Part shown: in pieces, positions 47,122 to 59,300 of the stretch
How the letters are laid out: the number at the start of each line of letters is the position of its first letter
Numbering within the stretch: the stretch's first letter is position 1
Source: Chlorokybus atmophyticus
Lineage: Eukaryota; Plantae; Mesostigma and Chlorokybus algae
Assembly (NCBI GenBank): GCA_009103225.1
Contig: RHPI01000772.1
Coordinates: forward strand, 163,500 to 225,219
Length of the DNA: 61,720 nt
Direction: 5' to 3'
Notes under the pieces: generated by a model
Database searches by the model: none
The model's input: only the letters and a program-made list of their open reading frames with translations
Told to the model about the DNA's origin: nothing
Translations under genes and position numbers: made by a program

Positions 47122-49550
47122 TGTTAGGGCCTTTATAGGCCCTAATAAGGTGTTATCATTCAACACCGATATCGACTTGAGATGAGTCTCAAGTCGATAC
47201 CGGCCGCATGGCGGCGCTGCCAACGCAGCGACCGCCATAGCCAGGGGATCTTTCGATCCCCTGACTGCCAGCGGCGGTGGCGGCGACGTGGCTGTGGTTG
47301 GTGGTGTTGGGGTAGGGGATTGAAGGGGGCGGTAGCACCCCTCTTCTCACATTTGGTATCGGAGCGAGGGCGTGGGGGCCTGGGGGGGCGGCGGCGGGGC
47401 GCAGAGGCGGCAGTCGACACTGCTCAGTGCCGACGTCAGGCCGACGGCCTGACAGCGGCGGCAGCGGCGGCAACTAGCAGCCGCTACCCACTAGGGTGGG
47501 TAGTGGTAGTTGTTAGCTAGTTGTTGTTGTTGTATAGTTGTATAACGCTGCTGTTGGCCTAGCCTAGCCTTGCCTTGCCTTGCTTGCTTAGCCTAGCTTG
47601 CCTAGCCTAGCCTAGCTTGTTAGTGTGAAGGGGAGGCGGCCACTCAGGCAGCCTCACCTCAAGTATTGCATCCCAGCACATGACTTGTAACTTGATTTCA
47701 CATATTACTTGTGATTGTGCTCGTGGTTGTGGCTGCCACCATGTGGATTCGTGGTGGTGTAAGGGGGGGTTGTGGTTGTTTACACTTCTCCCACCCCAAG
47801 AAAGCAGTTTAACGCCAACTTGGGCTGTTTTGGCCGCCATTCAGTGCGGTAGGGCCGCCAGATTTATTCCGTTCGGTCGATATCAAACCCTCGATTCACA
47901 ACTTGTTGATATCGGCCTGTAGGGCTGATTCAACGAGAGTTTGGCACCTTTTGTGTCATTTACAATTGTGAGTTGAGAAGGGTTGTACAAAGTGAAAACT
48001 TTGAGTTGTTGTAGCTTGTGAACCGTCGTGTGGATTTGCTCGTAGTGTGTTTACCAGCGAGTGTCTTGTTGAGGTGTTGGGCAATCATTTTACAGGCTGT
48101 TTAACCCAAGTGTAGCACCTTAAAATCAGCGACAAAGATACAACAAATGTTGACACTTTCGGAGTGCACAACTATACTTGTGCACTCGTGCACTTGCAAA
48201 CTTCTTGACGGCTTGTCTCCTTGGGCAGATGTCTCACCAAGGAGAGGAAGGAGGGATGTATCCNGTACCGGAGGTCGGAGACAGAGTCGTGAGTCGTAAC
48301 TGGTGTCCGATAAGCACATTTGCTGACGTGTCGAGCAGAATGCACAATCGATTCCAAACGCACGGCAGTACCCTATGCAGTGCTTGTTGCTCGTGGTGTT
48401 GGCGGCGGCGACGACGGCGGTAGGTGAGCGGCTGCTAGCGGCACACTTGTCTGTCTCACTGTGCTGCTATCGGTTTCATGCTCAATTTCTCATGACCATA
48501 AAGCACAGCTTTCTTGTAGACATGCAGGCAAGGTTTGTGCATGCACTGGCATTTGCCTGCTAGCTTGCTGTTCAGCTGGACTAAGTCATGTTAGCAGCTG
48601 GCNGGAGTCATCAAGTGATGAGGAAGTAAAGCACTCAGAAACGAGTGGTGGTTACAGTGTCAGTGAGGAGGAAGAAGCCAAGTCCAAGAGTGGTGAAGCT
48701 TCTTCAAAGAAGTCCTCTCATGATGACCAACCTATGGACACTCACAGCATCATCGGAGCGGCCATAGCGAAGTACGCATCAGAGCGTGAAGCTCTTCTTG
48801 CTGCACACCCCCAGCTTTGCAAGAAAGTGTGGGATGAGTGGGCGCAGCAAGTGCGTAACGCATATGAGACGGACTTCGCGGCACTCCCGCGCGCAAGTAA
48901 GCAAGGAGATGACAATCCGCATGATCGAGCACGAGTTGACGCGTAATGTACCGCAACTCATGCGCACAGATTTGGCAGTGGCCACACTCATGGTTACTTA
49001 TGATAAACCAGGCCCGTATCTAGGCCAGAGGATGGCGTTCGAGGCTCTCACCTTATTGACGGTGGAAACTTAGAAGCGTTGCAAGGACCTCTTTTGGTAC
49101 TTAGGGCCTGAGCTGGAGGAGAAGTTAGCTCGAGAAGAGCGCTTGACTGCACGCCTCGATGCTATGCAGTCCGAGTTGGTGGCATTACGCCAGCAGGTGG
49201 CAGGGCTACTACTACTGTAGCAGGGACATCAGTTGGCCTACCCGTCACAGCGCTGAACAAGCTCGAGAAATTCAAACCCAATGGGCCTGTGAACATTCAT
49301 GATTGGGTGGTGAATGCAAAGCGCTACTTGGTTGCACTTCAGCGACCAGTTAGTGAGCATACATCTGTTGCTGAGTTGCTCATGCCACTTGACGCTTTGG
49401 CCGAGTGGGCACGTCTGTCATGCCATCTACCCTCGCATGCCAGTTCTTCTCAAGCATGCCTACACCCAGCCCCACGCCCGGGCTACCAGCATGAAGACCG
49501 CGCGAGCCCCAGCCTACTGCTAGCTACTGTATCACTCATGTAGCATGTAG
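47122..49550 (+). mobile_element. Degenerate Ty3/Gypsy remnant: putative short LTR, PBS, leader and gag fragment
   Basis: ...CTCACA TT TGGTATCGGAGC (PBS 47354-47365). Gag-like LEKFKPNGPVNIHDWVVNAKRYL...LDALAEW at ~49.26-49.42 kb. The LTR start is uncertain and two single-N joins lie inside. Confidence 0.6.
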
Positions 49551-50024
49551 CTAGGGCTACTTTATAGACCTGTCTGTAGGGACCGCGCGTAGCTGATCAG
49601 TTGCAAGTCTGTTAAGAACACATGTGCTATATCAAGTCTTAGGAGATTTCCGAAATAGCATGAGGCCTCGATGTGACCGTTGGCCTAGTGCCCGCGTGGC
49701 ACTGCACAGTCATGATTTGACATGTATAAGTAGGAAGTCACGTCACCAGACTGGCTGGTGACACTGTAAGTGAGTACTGTGAGTACTAGGAGTACTAAGA
49801 AGTAAAGACTCTGTTTTCAAAGAGCTTGTGAAGCGACTTGAACTGGAAGCACGCTGCCCCAGTTGCCAAGAATTCCCTTACTGCGTGAGACACGGTGCAT
49901 GCTCTTGTGCGCTGTGCCTGTCATTGCTGTGAGCTTGCCGGTGGTGTGTTGTTTCAGTAGTCAGGGTGTTGTATCCACGTGTTGCACACTCATTCACCTC
50001 ACTTAACAGTGTATCATTCTATCC

Positions 50025-50457
50025 NNNNNNNNNNNNNNNNNNNNNNNNNNNNNNNNNNNNNNNNNNNNNNNNNNNNNNNNNNNNNNNNNNNNNNNNNNNN
50101 NNNNNNNNNNNNNNNNNNNNNNNNNNNNNNNNNNNNNNNNNNNNNNNNNNNNNNNNNNNNNNNNNNNNNNNNNNNNNNNNNNNNNNNNNNNNNNNNNNNN
50201 NNNNNNNNNNNNNNNNNNNNNNNNNNNNNNNNNNNNNNNNNNNNNNNNNNNNNNNNNNNNNNNNNNNNNNNNNNNNNNNNNNNNNNNNNNNNNNNNNNNN
50301 NNNNNNNNNNNNNNNNNNNNNNNNNNNNNNNNNNNNNNNNNNNNNNNNNNNNNNNNNNNNNNNNNNNNNNNNNNNNNNNNNNNNNNNNNNNNNNNNNNNN
50401 NNNNNNNNNNNNNNNNNNNNNNNNNNNNNNNNNNNNNNNNNNNNNNNNNNNNNNNNN
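50025..50457. other. Assembly gap (further gaps at 39597-39814 and 18606-18675)
   Basis: Runs of N. Confidence 0.99.
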
Positions 50458-53400
50458 CAAGATAATGGTGGAGATGCTGGACTTAGACAACTACAACACA
50501 TGGAGTGTACGCATGAAGATGGTGCTGATTACCAAGCAGCTCTGGGAGTATGTGGATCCTGACGGAGCGGAGGCACGGGCAGGTGAAGAGTCAGCTTATG
50601 CCAAGAATAGCTTGAAGGCTCTTGCACGCATTGGCCTGCATGTGAAGGAGCATCACCTTGGCTTGATTAATGAGTGCAAGACTGGTCGGTAGTGTTGGAA
50701 GAAGTTGCAGGACTTCTTCAATGCCAGAAACAATGCAAGGAGGCTGCAACTACGCAAGGACCTCAGTGCATTCAAAAAGGATCCCGGAGAGCCGCTCGTC
50801 AAGTACATTGCCCGAGCAAGAGATCTGCAACGAGACCTTGCAGGAGTTGGGCATGATGTCAAAGAAACGGAGATGGTATGGGCTATCCTGGCGGGCCTGC
50901 CAGAAGAGTACGAGATGGTGGTCACAGTGCTGGAGTCATCATCAACCGAGCTTCTCCTTGATGCTGTGACACCCTACCTGCTGCAAGTAGAGCAGCGGAA
51001 GGCCAATAAGGCGGACAGCGGTGGAGATGCAGTTGCTTTTGCAACAACACCCTTCAAGGGCTATCAACAACAGGGAGGCAGTTCTCGTCCTCAAAGAAAG
51101 AAGGGAACGTGCCACTATTGCAAGAAGGAGGGCCATTGGAAGAAGGAGTGTAGGAAACTGCAGCGTGATGAAGCGAAGAGAAAGGGAGGAGGACAGCAAA
51201 GCGAGAAGACTGTCGCATTTGCTGCAAGGACTGTCAATACGGGCTGTCAACAAACAGCCTGTCAACAAGTTGAAGACTCTGGTAGACGGAGCAAAGGGGA
51301 GCAATTGAAGGTTCCAGCACCACTAGTTGTTGAAAGACAACCCAAGGCTCTGAGCTATATAGGGGCTGTTCAATCGTCTTCGTCATGGGTCCTGGACTCA
51401 GGCTGCACGCGTCATCTCACCAACAACAAGAGCAAGATGGAGGACTATCAATCCCTCTCCTCCCCCATCATGGTGGAATTTGGCAACCAGGAGTTGCTGG
51501 AGGCTACTGGCAGAGGGACTGTCCATCTGCATTGCAAGGTTGGCAATGCAATGACACACATTCTTCTCAAGGATGTTCTGTACGTCCCCAGGCTTGGCAC
51601 TTGTCTGTTCTCTGTACGAGTTGCTGCCAAAAGTGGAGGAAAAGTTGTGTTCGAAGGTGATAAGGGTTACATTGTGAAGAATGACGTCACCTTGGTGGAG
51701 AGCACGCTCAAGGAAGACCTCTACCACATTAGGGAGGCTGCAACTGTCAATGAGAAGATTGACAGCCGCGCATTTGCTGCACGCGCCAAGGAAGAGACAG
51801 CTCAGCTATGGCATCGCCGTTTTTCACATTTAGGGTACGACAACCTTGCAAGGCTGGTGAAGAAGAACATGGTTCAAGGAATCAACATTAAAGCGGAGGA
51901 GTTCCATGCTCAGCAAGGTGTGTTGTGTGAAGCCTGTGTGCTTGGCAAGCAGCATCGACAGCCCTTCCCACAATCAGCACATGTATGCACGAGGGTGTTA
52001 GAGCTGGTGCATATGGATGTCTGCGGTCCTTTGCCTGTTGCTGCCAAGGGAGAGGGAAGCCTGTACTTCTGCACCTTCCTTGACGACTATAGCAAGCTGT
52101 CTGTCATTGTGCCTTGAAGCTGAAGTCCGAAGTTGCTGGGACTGTCAAGAAGGTCCTCACTATGCTGGAGACGCAATCAAGACACAAGACAGTTACTGTT
52201 CGCACCGACAGAGGAGGCGAGTATGTCAATAACGAACTCAAAGCATACTTCACAAGCAAAGGCCTGACCCATGAAACCACCGCACCATATACACCTCAAC
52301 AAAACGGAGCTGCAGAGAGGCTCAATCGCACACTTCTGGAGAAAGTGAGAGCCATGCTTACGGACGCTCAACTCAAAGATCACTGGTGGAAAGAAGCATT
52401 GCTGACTGCCAACTATGTCCGCAACCGATCACCAGTGCGCATGGAAACCAAGACACCGTGGGAGCTGTTCTATGGTCGACAGCCGGACGTGTCAATGCTG
52501 AGGGTTTGGGGCTCGCGAGCGTATGTACACGTGCCGAAACAGTTGAGGAACAAGCTGCAACCTGCCAGCAAAAAGGGAGTGTTTCTTGGCTACGAAGCCA
52601 ATAGCAAAGCCTATCGCGTGCTGGTGGAGGAAACTGGCAAGATTGTTATTAGTCGTGATGTTGTTTTTGCTGAGGGAGGCACTACACCTGCTGCTGGAAA
52701 CACTGTGATAAAATGCAAGGAAGACGCTCAAGCACAACCAGCTCAAGAAGGAGGCGCCTGTCAAGATTCTTCATTGACAGCCCCTACTGCCATTGACAGT
52801 CCCAACCGACAGTCCCTGCAGGCTGTCAACCTTCTGGACTGTCAACATGGAGCTGACCCCGACGCATCATCGGCAGACAGCAGCAAAACCAACACACCCA
52901 ACAATGACCAGCAGCAAGAGGAGCAAGGGGGCTACAACCTGAGAGGGAGACATCACCCACAAGGCTTCTACAAGGCTATGGTCGCAAGCGCCAACGTGGG
53001 AGGGACTGTCGAACCCACCACATATGAAGAGGCGCTCAAAGGCTCTGACGCAGAGATGTGGCAACAAGCAATGGATGAGGAGATGGCATCACNGGCCAAC
53101 CATATCTGCAGTCACACAACAGTAGGTATATGCAGCATCACAATAGCAAAGAGTACCTCATGTACTTAAAATGCCAGTCACGGCGTGTGGTCCACGACAC
53201 CTCGCTCGAAGCGCTGTTGGTTTCGCTGTGGTCACCCTGCACCATGTGCATGTACACAAGATGGTTGTATGTGATGCCAAGACCCGGGAACTATGAGGAC
53301 ACCCAGGTTCTCACAAACAAATCTGCTCTCACCGGAGTGTCGCGGTGCACACCTCGGCGCATGAGGCTTCGCCTGTCTTTGACAAGCGCTACTGTTATTC

Positions 53401-55053
53401 TGGTGTCATACGGGTCAATACCCTCAAACCACTGGCCCTTGACCTGCCAGCAAGGACATGTATCACCAAATCTCACTCTACCATCAACTTGCAAAAACCG
53501 CTGCAACACACCTACTTACTAGGTTGCAATCAAGGTAGGTTTGTTCTGCAAAGCGGGGCTTGTCTTTCCTCAGGATGGCACATNTGTCTGAGCAAGGAGC
53601 TTGAGGGACTGGGCTTCACCGCATCCGGAGCTGACCCAGGACTGTTCATCCACCCGAATAAGGAGGTCTGGCTTCTTGTGTATGTGGATGATATTCTCGT
53701 TGCTGCAAGGGAGATGAAGGAGGTGAGCAACGTCAAAGAGTCGCTCATGAAGACCTTCAACACTAGAAATCTGGGAGAGGCCAAGTATTTTCTTGGCATG
53801 GTAATTTCGAGGGACAGGGAGCGCAAGACTGTCAACATCAGCCAGGAGCAGATGGTGTTAAGGTTGGCAGACAAGTTTGGGCTACAGGAGGCCAAGTACA
53901 AGTCGGTTCCTATGGCTGTTGGAGCACGGATGAGCAGGGCTGTCAACGGAGAGGGACTGTCAGACAAGGCTACCTACCCATATGGAGAGCTGGTAGGGAG
54001 TTTGCTATACCTATCAGTTAGCACTAGGCCGGATATTGCATTTGCTGTTGGAGTTCTAGCACGGCACATGTCCGCACCAACCATGGAGCATTGGAAGACT
54101 GCCAAGGGCGTTCTTCGCTACGTTGCTGGCACACCTACTGTCGGCATCACGTATGGAGGAGGAGACACTGCATTGCATGGCTACTGCGATGCTGACTACG
54201 CTGGAGATTTGGACACAAGGAAGTCAACCACGGGCTATACTTTCTTGGTGAATGGTGGAGTTGTGAGCTGGAGTAGCAAGCTACAACCCACTGTGGCAGC
54301 ATCAACAGCCGAAGCGGAGTACATGGCTGCATTACAGACTGTCAAGGAAGGACTGTGGCTTCGCAAGCTGGTAGCAGACCTGGGCTACAAGGCATCCACA
54401 ATCATCATCAACTGTGACAATCAGGGAGCAATCAAGTTGCTGAAACATCCCATTGCATCTGTTCGCTCAAAGCACATTGATGTTATGCATCACTTTGTGC
54501 GTGAGCGTGTAGCACGGAGGGAGGTGGAATTTGTCTACTGCAACACCGAGGCAATGTTGGCGGACTGCATGACCAAGACGCTTCCCCCATCCAAGTTCAA
54601 GGGTTGTTGCACAGGGCTTGGCATCAAGTGAAGGTCCAAGCATGAAGACTGTCCAAGCTGCCTGCGTGGGAGTGTTGGAGGACAGCCCCGACTGTCCTCA
54701 CCAGCTACAGTCAGCTTGGACAGCCCCTTGAGAGTCGCCTACATTGACAGTCCCTGACTGTCAGTAGGAGATATCTGCAAGACTGAAGGTGTGGCATCGA
54801 TATCAATGCAGCAGATCTCTGGCGGCGCTAGAAGGTCCTAGATAGGAGAGTCCTTTGTCTGCTAGCACAGGCTGTCATAGCTAGTATAACCAATAGGAAC
54901 TCTTGTGTACATCTGGTTAGATAGTGGCTAGGACTATATATTGAGTGTGCCGGGCCAGAGTTAATGATCCACATTGCATACCTTACGTGTGCAAGCTGCT
55001 GCTGTGCATGCTCGTGTGTGTGAGATAGGCTTAGTGTTGTAGCACGTTCAACA
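50458..55053 (+). mobile_element. Copia element (gag-PR-IN...RT-RH-PPT-3' LTR) with a mis-joined segment at 53093-53584
   Basis: LDLDNYNTWSVRMK, CHYCKKEGHWKKEC, WVLDSGC, LWHRRFSHLG, CEACVLGK, LVHMDVCGP, RTDRGGEY, PQQNGAAER, YVDDIL, GYCDADYAGD. PPT 54664-54672; LTR 54673-55053 (TGTTGG...TTCAACA). Stop at ~50688 and a 1-nt deletion at ~52113. Confidence 0.9.
53094..53583 (-). pseudogene. Probable CACTA transposase fragment between single-N joins
   Basis: WFEGIDPYDT...VRADLFVRTWVSS*FPGLG resembles the Transposase_21 region G(V)xTYD...LRAxL...D(F)PA. It is unrelated to the flanking Copia sequence. Confidence 0.4.
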
Positions 55054-55583
55054 CTGCTTAGCTATGATTGACAACATTAAGTGCCTTTGCCATGTGCATA
55101 ATTGCAGGTCAAAGACAAGTCAAAGGCAAGAGACAGCTCCTCGCTGCACCACTCTGCCAGCGACGCCGAGAATGCCACCTCACAGGGTGAGCTACGGTTT
55201 GGTAAATGACTATGTTGAGAACGAAACGCTTTGTGTTTGATGGTGCCTTATGTATGCAGGGTGTGAGGTGTGTATGATAGTCTCTTGTGCATGCACGGCG
55301 CGCACGCGTTCACCTCCCGCCAGCAACGCCAGCGACGACCGAAATGTCACCTCGCAGCGTGAGCCATGTTTTGCGCGCGCGGGTCGCTGCGGGAGGTACT
55401 GTGTATACACTGTTCTGATCGGTGCCTTGTGCGTGCGATAGGTAACAAGGAAGGCACTGCGCCACAACCCACAAGGTCACCCGCTACTGGNGTGATTGCC
55501 CATGGAGCCTGAGGTTTGACCTTAACTGCAACTTCCTTACCGTCTTTCGTCATCATCTCTGTCTGCAACGCATCATCACAAAG

Positions 55584-56265
55584 TCACACGAGTTGGCAGG
55601 CAGTCATCACAAGTGTCGCATAAGCCTGCAATACCTGTAGCCAGAGTTCTGGCATACGACCTTGCTGCTGCAGATCTTCTCGAGTCTCATTGCTGTCGCG
55701 CAATCCAGCAAGCAGATTGGCCAAATTGGTTGCGAGATTGGCAAAAATGTGCATAGGGCCAATCACATGACCTTTTACAGATTTCTGTAAAGGCATCCAA
55801 TAGGGAAGGTCGTGAAAACAGCTTAGGCCAAGGATTCCGGAGGACTTTGAAGGATGTTTCTTGGAGTGAAGTGGTCGCTTGCTGTTGCGGGATGTCATGG
55901 CGTACCTGATCACATGGCATCCATTGGTGAAGCTTGATTGACATAGCTACGTTCAGCTATGTCAATTGATTGGTTGCTCACCGGTACACACTTTCTGCAG
56001 TCCGCATGGGAGGTGGAGGTCTGTGTTCTGGTTGGGGCCAACGCTCATCAACTCGGTAGGGATGGTCATCTGGTAAGTACCGGCGGTAGCCTTGATAAAT
56101 CACCTTTTTGAGGAGTTCCACATGTTCTCCACTGCACTCGCATTTGGAACAGCCAAAGATGGCTCCATGAGCCATCTGCATGGCTGCTTTTGCCAGAGCT
56201 GCGCAACCATCATTACATGTTTCAGAGAAGGCAAACATGGTTGCCATACCAGTCAGATAGTACAT
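55584..56265 (-). pseudogene. Second CACTA/EnSpm transposase fragment (distinct family)
   Basis: GCSKC...VIYQGYRRYLPDDHPYR...EHRPPPPMRT; SGILGLSCFHDLPYW...HVIGPMHIFAN. These are hallmark Tnp2/Transposase_21 motifs. Confidence 0.85.
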
Positions 56266-56380
56266 TCATAGACACTGATGGCCAACACTTGCTGCTTGCG
56301 TACCTGGGTAATCATGGATTACAATCTCCAAGATAGATCTGCACCGGAAAACTTCGTCGCGGTGGCTGTCATATATGTCG

Positions 56381-59300
56381 ATGCCTACAACAAACACCAG
56401 CAGCTGAGATGCCCTACACATTCCAGTCCAGAGCAGTTTNCATCACCTTGGCTTGATTAATGAGTGCAAGACTGGTCGGGAGTGTTGGAAGAAGTTGCAG
56501 GACTTCTTCAATGCCAGAAACAATGCAAGGAGGCTGCAACTACGCAAGGACCTCAGTGCATTCAAACAGGATCCCGGAGAGCCGCTCGTAAAGTACATTG
56601 CCCGAGCAAGGGATCTGCAACGAGACCTTGCAGGAGTTGGGCATGATGTCAAAGAAACGGAGATGGTATGGGCTATCCTGGCGGGCCTGCCAGAAGAGTA
56701 CAAGATGGTGGTCACAGTGCTGGAGTCATCATCAACCGAGCTTCTCCTTGAAGCTGTGACACCCTACCTGCTGCAAGTAGAGCAGCGGAAGGCCAATAAG
56801 GCGGACAGCGGTGGAGATGCAGTTGCTTTTGCAACAACACCCTTCAAGGGCTATCAACAACAGGGAGGCAGTTCTCGTCCTCAAAGAAAGAAGGGAACGT
56901 GCCACTATTGCAAGAAGGAGGGCCATTGAAAGAAGGAGTGTAGGAAACTGCAGCGTGATGAAGCGAAGAGAAAGGGAGGAGGACAGCAAAGCGAGAAGAC
57001 TGTCGCATTTGCTGCGAGGACTGTCAATACGGGCTGTCAACAAACAGCCCGTCAACAAGTTGAAGACTCTGGTAGACGGAGCAAAGGGGAGCAATTGAAG
57101 GTTCCCGCACCACTAGTTGTTGAAAGACAACCCAAGGCTCTGAGCTGTGTAGGGGCTGTCCAATCTTCTCCGTCATGGGTCCTGGACTCAGGCTGCCGCG
57201 TCATCTCACCAACAACAAGAGCAAGATGGAGGACTATCAATCCCTTTCCTCCCCCATCATGGTGGAATTTGGCAACCAGGAGTTGCTGGAGGCTACTGGC
57301 AGAGGGACTGTCCATCTGCATTGCAAGGTTGGCAATGCAATGACACACATTCTTCTCAAGGATGTTCTGTACGTCCCCAGGCTTGGCACTAGTCTGTTCT
57401 CTGTACGAGTTGCTGCCAAAAGTGGAGGAAAAGTTGTGTTCGAAGGTGATAACGGTTACATTGTGAAGAATGACGTCACCTTGGTGGAGAGCACGCTCAA
57501 GGAAGACCTCTACCACATTAGGGAGGCTGCGACTGTCAATGAGAAGATTGACAGCCGCGCATTTGCTGCACGCGCCAAGGAAGAGACAGCTCAGCTATGG
57601 CATCGCCGTTTTTCACATTTAGGGTACGACAACCTTGCAAGGTTGGTGAAGGAGAACATGGTTCAAGGAATCAACATTAAAGCGGAGGAGTTCCATGCTC
57701 AGCAAGGTGTGTTGTGTGAAGCCTGTGTGCTTGGCAAGCAGCATCGACAGCCCTTCCCACAATCAGCACATGTAAGCACGAGGGTGTTAGAGCTGGTGCA
57801 TATGGATGTCTGCGGTCCTTTGCCTGTTGCTGCCAAGGGAGAGGGAAGCCTGTACTTCTGCACCTTCCTTGACGACTATAGCAAGCTGTCTGTCATTGTG
57901 CCTTTGAAGCTGAAGTCCGAAGTTGCTGGGACTGTCAAGAAGGTCCTCACTATGCTGGAGACGCAATCAAGACACAAGACAGTTACTGTTCGCACCGACA
58001 GAGGAGGCGAGTATGTCAACAACGAACTCAAAGCATACTTCACAAGCAAAGGCCTGACCCATGAAACCACCGCACCATATACACCTCAACAAAACGGAGC
58101 TGCAGAGAGGCTCAATCGCACACTTCTGGAGAAAGTGAGAGCCATGCTTACGGACGCTCGACTCAAAGATCACTGGTGGAAAGAAGCATTGCTGACTGCC
58201 AACTATGTCCGCAACCGATCACCAGTGCGCCTGGAAACCAAGACACCGTGGGAGCTGTTCTATGGTCGACAGCCGGACGTGTCAATGCTGAGGGTTTGGG
58301 GCTCGCGAGCGTATGTACACGTGCCGAAACAGTTGAGGAACAAGCTGCAACCTGCCAGCAANTAGTGTTGGAAGAAGTTGCAGGACTTCTTCAATGCCAG
58401 AAACAATGCAAGGAGGCTGCAACTACGCAAGGACCTCAGTGCATTCAAAAAGGATCCCGGAGAGCCGCTCGTCAAGTACATTGCCCGAGCAAGAGATCTG
58501 CAACGAGACCTTGCAGGAGTTGGGCATGATGTCAAAGAAACGGAGATGGTATGGGCTATCCTGGCGGGCCTGCCAGAAGAGTACGAGATGGTGGTCACAG
58601 TGCTGGAGTCATCATCAACCGAGCTTCTCCTTGATGCTGTGACACCCTACCTGCTGCAAGTAGAGCAGCGGAAGGCCAATAAGGCGGACAGCGGTGGAGA
58701 TGCAGTTGCTTTTGCAACAACANCATGGAGCTGACCCCGACGCATCATCGGCAGACAGCAGCAAAACCAACACACCCAACAATGACCAGCAGCAAGAGGA
58801 GCAAGGGGGCTACAACCTGAGAGGGAGACATCACCCACAAGGCTTCTACAAGGCTATGGTCGCAAGCGCCAACGTGGGAGGGACTGTCGAACCCACCACA
58901 TATGAAGAGGCGCTCAAAGGCTCTGATGCAGAGATGTGGCAACAAGCAATGGATGAGGAGATGGCATCACTGCATGCCAACCATACCTGGACATTGGAGA
59001 AGGTACCTCATGGAGTCAAGCCTATCCCAGTCAAGTGGGTATACAAGATCAAGCGTGACGGCAATGGCAACATCGAGAGGTACANGAAGAAGGAGTGTAG
59101 GAAACTGCAGCGTGATGAAGCGAAGAGAAAGGGAGGAGGACAGCAAAGCGAGAAGACTGTCGCATTTGCTGCGAGGACTGTCAATACGGGCTGTCAACAA
59201 ACAGCCTGTCAACAAGTTGAAGACTCTGGTAGACGGAGCAAAGGGGAGCAATTGAAGGTTCCAGCACCACTAGTTGTTGAAAGACAACCCAAGGCTCTGA

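Noticed and set aside
47120-47350. Hammerhead ribozyme or tRNA in the hairpin cassette
   Set aside because: No CUGANGA/GAAA core and no cloverleaf or box A/B pattern was seen.
49966-50692. Long ORFs containing X runs (also 39446-39928 and 18377-18845)
   Set aside because: They span N gaps or microsatellites.
52108-52120. Programmed frameshift or readthrough in Copia integrase (CCT TGA)
   Set aside because: The sister copy at ~57901 has CCT TTG AAG in frame, so this is a 1-nt deletion.
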